Sequence record: SRR31156797_13762
Strand: one strand, 5' to 3'
Length of the DNA stretch: 43,999 nucleotides
In this document: in pieces, positions 37,146 to 43,999 of the stretch
How the letters are laid out: each line of letters starts with the position of its first letter
Numbering within the stretch: the stretch's first letter is position 1
Notes under the pieces: model-generated
Told to the model about the DNA's origin: nothing
Databases searched by the model: none
The model's input: only the letters and a program-made list of their open reading frames with translations
Position numbers and translations under genes: made by a program

Positions 37146-37811
37146 TCAGCGATACGATTCGATCCATTTCTCCAAGCTCGGTGGAACCTTTTGAAAGTGC
37201 ATGTAATCGACCTTTTCTCCAGTCCAATCACCTCCCCATTCCCAGCCCTGTTTCTTGAAGGCCTTCACAACCGGCGAGTCTGGCAAAAGGGTTTCAGGAT
37301 CTGAAGGATCATACGTCGCCCCCGGAGGAAGGATTAGATCGCCCTTAATGTAAGGATTCTTTCGAGGGTTGATATCAACAGCCAATCCAAAGGCATGCTT
37401 GGAGAGATGTCTGGAATCAACGATTGGTCTCCACACATAGGCCGACGTGTTGTTTGTATCAGGAGACAACCCATATGGGCCTTTTTTCTGTATCAAAGGA
37501 TGGGCGATAGGGAGTATGGATTCAACAGGAAAACGACTTCTCTTAATTCTTTCAAATATCAAACGGATGTCATCTTCAAGAGCCTTGTGGACAACAACCT
37601 GCCCCTGATGCACAACTCCGTCCGGGCCATAATATCGGACCGGGACAACAACAAGTCGCTCCTGAATGGATGTAATGACATCGGGAGGCTGATTCGTGTA
37701 AATGGCCTCATCACTGGAAAGACTGCTGTCAAAAACAACAGGAGCACACCCAAAAAGCACAGCAAGACTGACGACCGGCAGCCAAAGCCCTTTTATCAGC
37801 AATCGAAACAT
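37146..37811 (-). CDS. M15-family Zn peptidoglycan peptidase, lipoprotein
   Basis: Lipobox LFGC; SKHAFGLAVDINP, WEWGGDW, DYMHFQ. Confidence 0.9.
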   Translation of the reverse strand: MFRLLIKGLWLPVVSLAVLFGCAPVVFDSSLSSDEAIYTNQPPDVITSIQERLVVVPVRYYGPDGVVHQGQVVVHKALEDDIRLIFERIKRSRFPVESILPIAHPLIQKKGPYGLSPDTNNTSAYVWRPIVDSRHLSKHAFGLAVDINPRKNPYIKGDLILPPGATYDPSDPETLLPDSPVVKAFKKQGWEWGGDWTGEKVDYMHFQKVPPSLEKWIESYR

Positions 37812-37875
37812 TGAAATTCCCTTTATATGCAGAGGCTATTTTTGCCGTGCACGATTCTGTTCATCGTCAAAGACA

Positions 37876-38274
37876 TCACGCTCCCGCTAACCATTTCACC
37901 CACAATTTGCGTGTCCGGGGTCCGTCGAACTCACAAAAATAGATTTTCTGCCATGTGCCGAGCTGGATGTTACCACCCTCGACGATGACGAGTTGGTCGC
38001 AACCAAACAGAGATGATTTGATATGAGCGTCGGAATTGCCCTCGGCATGGTGATAATCTCCATGATGCGGCACGAGTTTGCGCATATTCACAAGGATATC
38101 GCGCACTACGTCCGGGTCTGCACCTTCATTGATGGTAATAGCCCCTGTGGTATGCGGACAATAGAGCATGAGTGCGCCATCAGACCATCCGTTTTCATGA
38201 ATGACTTTACGAACGGCGGTGGTAATATCCACCATTTCTTCATGGTCATGAGTTTGAATACGCAATGTTTCCAC
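37876..38274 (-). CDS. yjbQ: YjbQ/UPF0047 family protein
   Basis: HTTGAITINEGADPDV, HAEGNSDAHIKS, LGTWQ.IYFCEFDGPR. Confidence 0.93.
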   Translation of the reverse strand: METLRIQTHDHEEMVDITTAVRKVIHENGWSDGALMLYCPHTTGAITINEGADPDVVRDILVNMRKLVPHHGDYHHAEGNSDAHIKSSLFGCDQLVIVEGGNIQLGTWQKIYFCEFDGPRTRKLWVKWLAGA

Positions 38275-38285
38275 GACAACACCCC

Positions 38286-39920
38286 TTATTCTTCGGATTC
38301 CCTGTTAACTTCCACTCTGTTGCGCCCCTCATCCTTGGCCTGATACAACGCCTTGTCAGCTCGGGCCAACATATCTTCATAGGCATCTGCACCAAAACGA
38401 ACATCCCAGGCATAATGGGCAATACCGATTGAAATGGTACAGGCCAAAGGCTGAGCTTCCGTGTTGTAAATGCGAGATGCAACCTCCTGACGAAGACGTT
38501 CGGCCAAGACCTGACTTGATTCCAAGTCAGAACCGGGGGCGACCACGGCAAACTCTTCGCCACCATAACGAGCAACGATGTCGGATGAACGAATAACATC
38601 CTGAAAAGCCTGTGCTATTTGCTTGAGAACTATATCGCCAACCGCATGTCCATAGGTGTCGTTGATATTCTTAAAATGATCAATATCCATCATGAACAGA
38701 GTACACGGCTGTTTGGCACGAATGGCGATATCCACCAAACGCGCGCCCTCCTTCATCAAAAAACGTCTATTGGGCAGTCCTGTCAATTGATCGGTAACTG
38801 CAGACGTCTCCAATTCCTGAACAGTTTCATCGACCTTCGCCTGCATGGCACAAAAAGCTTCTACAAGGTTATCAATCTCTTGAGGGGGAGAGTATGGAAC
38901 AACATCAAAACACGTCTGATCATATTCTCCACGAGTCATTCGCAATGAGATTTCACTGATACGAGCCAAAGGCTGCGTGATGGAACGAGCCAAACGCAAA
39001 AAGACTGGGCTCAAGATGGCTATGGAAATAAAAAAACCACCAATAATCGTCCAAAGGAAAGGATATAACGGGCCGATCGCTTCGCTATAACCGATCTCGG
39101 AAACAATGAGCCATGTGCCGTCCTTGGTCCATTGGCTGGCTCCCAAAACCTTAACCCCCCTATAATCACGATACGGTTTGGTCGGTTGTTTCCCGATCAG
39201 TCCGGTACGAAGCACGTCAGAATTATTCTTGATCGTCATGATTGCCGTCGTCTGAATTCTACCCTGCCTCCGCAACTCCCCCTGATAACGGGATTCGGTC
39301 AGCATGTACCCTTCCCGATTCAAAAGGTACGTTTCTCCAGTCTCGCCAAATCTGAGATTATTCATGAGATCGTCAATTGCCGTCAAACGGGAAGCAAGAA
39401 AGACAACACCACCGAAAGAGCCATCCAATCGTTTTACCGGATGAGAAAAAATAATGATGGGCTTTCCAGACGTTCTCCCGATAAGAACATTCGTCACAAA
39501 AGCTTCGCCAGCACGGGCCTTAATAAAATATTCCCGATCAGAAACATCTACCATAATTTTGGTCGAAGAAGCCCCAAGAGTTTTCCCGTCAGCCCCAGCC
39601 ACGACCACAGCAGAAATATCAGGATGTGTTTTATCGAAATGTTCAAGAAGAAATCTGATTTTTTCCACGTCTCCACGCCGAACCATATCCAGCTCAGCCA
39701 GAAACTGAACATCCCTTTCCTGTTCCTGATACCATTCTTCAATGACGATTTTATGCGATGCAGCCTGTTCCAGAAGCCCCTTCTCGACATTTTCCAGAAT
39801 GGATGCCCGCACAAAAACGATGAGAACAACTGCAGCAAAAAGCAAAGGAACACCGACCATAAGCATAGAATACAGCCTGATTCGACCGCCCACGGAATCC
39901 GGCACAAGAAACTGTCGCAT
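38286..39920 (-). CDS. Membrane sensor diguanylate cyclase (dCache-HAMP-GGDEF)
   Basis: Two TMs, VSDREYF Cache motif, TDQLTGLPNRR, DIDHFK, RSSD I-site, GGEEF. ATG 39920 has a GGAG RBS; an alternative TTG lies at 39932. Confidence 0.93.
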   Translation of the reverse strand: MRQFLVPDSVGGRIRLYSMLMVGVPLLFAAVVLIVFVRASILENVEKGLLEQAASHKIVIEEWYQEQERDVQFLAELDMVRRGDVEKIRFLLEHFDKTHPDISAVVVAGADGKTLGASSTKIMVDVSDREYFIKARAGEAFVTNVLIGRTSGKPIIIFSHPVKRLDGSFGGVVFLASRLTAIDDLMNNLRFGETGETYLLNREGYMLTESRYQGELRRQGRIQTTAIMTIKNNSDVLRTGLIGKQPTKPYRDYRGVKVLGASQWTKDGTWLIVSEIGYSEAIGPLYPFLWTIIGGFFISIAILSPVFLRLARSITQPLARISEISLRMTRGEYDQTCFDVVPYSPPQEIDNLVEAFCAMQAKVDETVQELETSAVTDQLTGLPNRRFLMKEGARLVDIAIRAKQPCTLFMMDIDHFKNINDTYGHAVGDIVLKQIAQAFQDVIRSSDIVARYGGEEFAVVAPGSDLESSQVLAERLRQEVASRIYNTEAQPLACTISIGIAHYAWDVRFGADAYEDMLARADKALYQAKDEGRNRVEVNRESEE

Positions 39921-40052
39921 ATAAAACTCCAATCTGAATCATTCTATAAAACAACTTAACCTTGCATTATCCGACAAAGGTGGGCAACTGTCTTATAAAT
40001 CTAAAGAAGAGCCTTTCTGACTGTTTGTGTATTAGAAAAAAGCCAATCTCTT

Positions 40053-40820
40053 CTATTTACGGTACATATGCTTGAATTTTTCATCGTAGAGCAAAGACTT
40101 GGCTGTACCAGCATCCTTGACTCCCTGTCCGGGAAGAATCAAAAACACCGTCTGACGAACAAAATCATTGGTGCGAGCTGTCTGGGCCAACTGGCTGAGT
40201 TCGGTTTCAACAACCTTTTCTTCCGGCCACCCAACTCGATAGGCCATGACGACCAGCGTTGATTCTGCCAATCCACCGGCCAACAGTTCTTTCTGGATAC
40301 CTTCAGGGTTCCCGGCGGAAAGATACACACACATCGCCGAACCATGTGCCGCGAGCTTCCGCAGATCTTCGGCTTCCGGCACCGGAGTCTTCCCGGCCAG
40401 TCGGGTAAAGATCAAGGTCTGCGTCACTTCCGGCACAGTGTATGACTTCATCGCCGCAGCCGCAGCCGCGAATCCAGCGGTCACTCCCGGCACGACGGCG
40501 TATCCCACGCCGTCACGATCCAGCAGTTCCATCTGCTCTCGGATAGCGCCATACAATGAGGGGTCGCCGGTATGCACTCGCGCCACAGTCCCACCGGCGT
40601 GAACAGTCTCCATCATCAAATCGTGCGTTTCTTCAAGGTTCAAGGGAGCAGAGTCCGCGACCTTCGCCCCGGCCTTGGCTCCGGCCACGACCTCGGCAGG
40701 CACCAACGAACCGGCATACAATACAAGATCGGCCTCGCTGATCAGTCTCTGCCCCTTGACGGTCAGCAATTCTGGATCGCCCGGACCAGCCCCAATAAAA
40801 TAGACTTTTGTTTCAACCAT
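40053..40820 (-). CDS. cbiF: Precorrin-4 C11-methyltransferase
   Basis: FIGAGPGDPELLT, YAGSLV, RVHTGDPSLYGAIREQ, PEVTQTLI, SLLYD..F.H.YR. Confidence 0.96.
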   Translation of the reverse strand: MVETKVYFIGAGPGDPELLTVKGQRLISEADLVLYAGSLVPAEVVAGAKAGAKVADSAPLNLEETHDLMMETVHAGGTVARVHTGDPSLYGAIREQMELLDRDGVGYAVVPGVTAGFAAAAAAMKSYTVPEVTQTLIFTRLAGKTPVPEAEDLRKLAAHGSAMCVYLSAGNPEGIQKELLAGGLAESTLVVMAYRVGWPEEKVVETELSQLAQTARTNDFVRQTVFLILPGQGVKDAGTAKSLLYDEKFKHMYRK

Positions 40821-41010
40821 ATATCCTGCCGTCGAATAAATTTTGAAGTTTTGTGATGACATTACCACGGTACACGCAGGACACCCGAAAGCCAAGCCAG
40901 AGGAAAACCGCACCATTATAACGTCAACAGTATTGTTTCCTCTCTTTATAGTATGCTATTGTTTATATCCCTCTCACTCGGGGATATCCCGGAAACACAA
41001 GGAGCACAGT

Positions 41011-43836
41011 ATGCTTCCGATGCCATATGATGAAGTTTACAAAGAAATTCTCAAACGTATTCCAAAAGATCGAGTTTATACCGATTCGCTGCGCACCATG
41101 GCCTATGGAACGGACGCGAGTTTTTATCGATTGATACCAAAGATTGTCGTCGATACCAAAAACGAAAAAGAAGTGGTGCATGTCCTCAAGGCAACCAGAC
41201 GACACAAGGTTGCCGTGACGTTCCGTGCAGCCGGAACATCACTGTCAGGACAGGCTATAAGTGATTCCGTTCTCGTCCGATTGGGTGAAGGGTGGCGCGA
41301 CTATGAAATTCTCGACAAGGCCAAAAAGATCGCACTGGAACCGGGAATCATCGGCAGTCACGCCAACCAGATTCTTGCGCCACACGGCAAGAAAATCGGC
41401 CCGGATCCAGCCAGTATCGACACATGTAAAATCGGTGGAATTGTAGCCAATAACGCTTCCGGCATGTGTTGTGGCGTTGCCGAGAACTCATACAAGACGC
41501 TGGACTCAATGCGTATAGTGCTGGCCGACGGCACCATTCTCGACACAGGGGACGAGGTCAGCAAAAAAGCTTTTACAAAAAGTCACGGCCAAATTCTCAA
41601 AGATATTTCCCGTTTGCGCAAGAAAGTGTTGGCCGACAAGAAACTGGCCGCCCGTATCAAGCGCAAATTCAAGATCAAAAACACCACCGGTTATAGCCTG
41701 AACGCCATCGTGGATTTCGAAGACCCGTTCGAAATTCTCCAGCATCTACTGGTCGGATCAGAAGGTACACTCGCCTTCATTTCCAAGGTTGTTTACCGGA
41801 CAGTTGTAGAACACCCGCACAAGGCATCCGCGCTCATGCGGTTCCCGGATATCCGCTCTGCCTGTGAAGCAGCCACCATCTGCCGCACGCAAAAAGTCTC
41901 TGCTGCTGAACTCATGGACCGGGCCGCTCTGGCCTCAGTACAAGACAAGCCCGGCATGCCCGAAGGGTTGACTGAACTCGGCCCGAAAGCCAGTGCATTG
42001 CTGGTGGAAGTGCGTGGTCGCACCGAAAAAATCCTTCAGGACAAGATATCCAAGGTGCTTGACGCGATCAGCGAACTTCCCAAGGTCACACCTCACGAGT
42101 TCACTTCGATCCCATCGGAATTCAATTCTCTGTGGAATGTCAGGCGTGGTCTCTTCCCCGCCGTCGGCGCAGTCCGCGATGCCGGGACCACGGTCATTAT
42201 CGAAGACGTAGCCTTCCCCATCAAAGACCTTGCTCAAGCCACATTGGACCTGCAAAAACTTTTCAAAAAACACGGCTATGACAAGGCGATCATCTTCGGC
42301 CATGCGCTGGAAGGGAATCTACATTTCGTGTTCACACAGGACTTTAACGTCCAGTCAGAAATCGACAGATACGCAGCCTTCATGAACGACGTCACACACA
42401 TGGTTGCTGATGAATACAAAGGTTCTCTCAAGGCCGAACACGGGACCGGCAGAAACATGGCGCATTTCGTTGAACTGGAATGGGGCCGCGAAGCATACGA
42501 ACTCATGGAAGAAATCAAACAGATTTTCGACCCTGAGGGGTTGCTCAATCCCGGCGTCATCCTCAACGAAGATCCCGAGGCTCATCTCAAAAACCTCAAG
42601 CCTCTGCCCGTGGCCAATGACATCATCGACAAATGTATCGAGTGTGGTTTCTGTGAACCCATCTGTCCTTCACGCGAACTGACGCTGACGCCACGTCAAC
42701 GCATTGTGGCCTATCGAGAAATGTCACGCGGTGCACTGGAAGGCGATTCACCAGAAACCATGGCCGCCTTCAAAAAAAGTTTCGACTATGACGGCGAAGC
42801 CACCTGTGCCGCAGACGGCCTCTGTGCCACAAGGTGTCCCGTTGCCATCAATACAGGCAAATTCATCAAAGTCTATCGTTCATGGGCGCGTGGTACCTGG
42901 GAAAAGAAAATGGCTTCAGTAATCGCGAACTCATTTTCCTTCACCACAAAATTCATCAGTGCCGACCTCGCCGTGGCCGGAGCAACCCACGATGTCCTTG
43001 GAGACAAGGCAATGACATCCGTCACCAAAGGACTGCACAAATATTCCGGCAAGCGTATCCCGCAATGGAACACCTCCATGCCTCGCCCTGTCACCAAGCC
43101 GACCATAACCGAGACACCACCCAGCGTGGACAAGATCGTTTATTTCCCCAGTTGTGTGGCCCGTCATATGGGGCCGGAAAAGAAAGACCCCGACAAGTCC
43201 GCATTGCGCGATCATACCTTGAGTGTGCTCGCCAAGGCCGGCTTCGAAGTTATTCACCCAGAGAACATGAACGCACTTTGCTGCGGTCAGCCATGGGAAT
43301 CCAAAGGGTTCATTGAGCAGGCCGACAACAAGCTGGCAGAATTGGAGCTGGCCCTTCGAGACGCTTCAAAAAACGGCAAGTACCCCATCCTCTGCGACAC
43401 CAGCCCGTGTCTCTACCGCATGCAGGAACACATCAAAGGATTGAAACTCTTTGAGCCGGTAGAGTTCACACTCACCCATCTCATGGACCGGCTTGATCTG
43501 ACCCCCGTAAGCAAACGCGTGGCCCTGCACGTTACCTGCTCCACTCGCAAAATGGGATTGGCTGAAAAAATGGAAGATTTGACCAAACTCTGCGCCCGCG
43601 AAGTCGTGGTTCCCGAAGGAGTGTTCTGTTGTGGCTTTGCTGGTGACAGAGGATTCAACTATCCCGAATTGAACGAAGCCGCGCTCAAAGAGCTTCCCAA
43701 TCAATTGGATGGCTGCACCATAGGCTATTCAACTTCACGCACCTGTGAAATCGGCTTGTCCGAAAAAGGCGGCATTCCATACAAGAACGTCATGTTCCTG
43801 CTCGACGAAGCGAGTTGGCCTAAATCGACTAAATAA
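41011..43836 (+). CDS. FAD- and Fe-S-binding oxidoreductase, Dld-II-type D-lactate dehydrogenase
   Basis: YGTDASFY, FRAAGTSLSGQ, GPDPAS, NNASGMCCG, HALEGNLHF, KAEHGTGRN, CIECGFCEPICP, two CCG domains; AAGGAG RBS. Confidence 0.9.
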   Translation: MLPMPYDEVYKEILKRIPKDRVYTDSLRTMAYGTDASFYRLIPKIVVDTKNEKEVVHVLKATRRHKVAVTFRAAGTSLSGQAISDSVLVRLGEGWRDYEILDKAKKIALEPGIIGSHANQILAPHGKKIGPDPASIDTCKIGGIVANNASGMCCGVAENSYKTLDSMRIVLADGTILDTGDEVSKKAFTKSHGQILKDISRLRKKVLADKKLAARIKRKFKIKNTTGYSLNAIVDFEDPFEILQHLLVGSEGTLAFISKVVYRTVVEHPHKASALMRFPDIRSACEAATICRTQKVSAAELMDRAALASVQDKPGMPEGLTELGPKASALLVEVRGRTEKILQDKISKVLDAISELPKVTPHEFTSIPSEFNSLWNVRRGLFPAVGAVRDAGTTVIIEDVAFPIKDLAQATLDLQKLFKKHGYDKAIIFGHALEGNLHFVFTQDFNVQSEIDRYAAFMNDVTHMVADEYKGSLKAEHGTGRNMAHFVELEWGREAYELMEEIKQIFDPEGLLNPGVILNEDPEAHLKNLKPLPVANDIIDKCIECGFCEPICPSRELTLTPRQRIVAYREMSRGALEGDSPETMAAFKKSFDYDGEATCAADGLCATRCPVAINTGKFIKVYRSWARGTWEKKMASVIANSFSFTTKFISADLAVAGATHDVLGDKAMTSVTKGLHKYSGKRIPQWNTSMPRPVTKPTITETPPSVDKIVYFPSCVARHMGPEKKDPDKSALRDHTLSVLAKAGFEVIHPENMNALCCGQPWESKGFIEQADNKLAELELALRDASKNGKYPILCDTSPCLYRMQEHIKGLKLFEPVEFTLTHLMDRLDLTPVSKRVALHVTCSTRKMGLAEKMEDLTKLCAREVVVPEGVFCCGFAGDRGFNYPELNEAALKELPNQLDGCTIGYSTSRTCEIGLSEKGGIPYKNVMFLLDEASWPKSTK

Positions 43837-43840
43837 GAGG

Positions 43841-43946
43841 GGGGAAAAACCGCCTTCGGCGGATATATAGGGTGATTTCGTCGCCGACGGCTTAAGGCCG
43901 AAGGCCTTAAGAATCCCATGTCGCCTTCGGTGAAATTACATGTAAA
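43841..43946 (+). repeat. Multi-hairpin REP-like intergenic repeat, copy B
   Basis: CCGCC-TTC-GGCGG, GGTGATTT, CGTC-GCC-GACG, TTAAGGCC-GAA-GGCCTTAA, GAATCCC, TCGCC-TTC-GGTGA; collinear with 1504-1610. Confidence 0.75.
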
Positions 43947-43969
43947 AAAAACACTTTACAAGTGACAAA

Positions 43970-43999
43970 TTCGCGAAGCGACATAAAAAGTTTTGGAGA
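43970..43999 (-). repeat. Probable end of a further, inverted copy of the same repeat (truncated by the window edge)
   Basis: Reverse complement TCTCCAAAACTTTTT-ATGTCGC-TTC-GCGAA matches the ATGTCGCCTTCGGTGAA segment of copy B. Confidence 0.45.

Noticed and set aside
1-43999. CRISPR array, tRNA, rRNA, SRP RNA near ffh, prophage, IS or defence genes
   Set aside because: No regularly spaced direct repeats, cloverleaf, SRP helix-8 motif, integrase, transposase or nuclease ORFs were recognised by eye.

Overview
Chromosomal window from a sulfate-reducing Desulfovibrionaceae bacterium, most likely Pseudodesulfovibrio-like; this is inferred from the tetraheme cytochrome c3, ahbB and the TrmD fusion. 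Most of it is housekeeping. It holds the ffh-rpsP-khpA-rimM-trmD-rplS-rnhB cluster, K+ transport genes, a kinase-selO operon, and the ahbB-hemL-cbiG-cbiH-cytochrome c3 block. It also holds scattered cobalamin genes (cbiD, cbiET, cbiF), gpsA, transaldolase, c-di-GMP genes (PilZ, HD-GYP, GGDEF) and a Dld-II-type FAD/Fe-S dehydrogenase. No transposase, integrase, tRNA, rRNA or CRISPR array was seen. Four items stand out: (1) a three-gene respiratory module (octaheme lipoprotein, membrane-anchored triheme c, cytochrome b) resembling a split CbcL, with an unknown substrate; (2) a very acidic disordered protein with a PopZ/RomR-like layout; (3) a multi-hairpin intergenic repeat family, present in four full or partial copies, with compensatory base changes; (4) a ~120-bp TA-flanked MITE-like hairpin at the rplS stop codon. 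All calls come from reading the sequence and recalling motifs; no searches were run.
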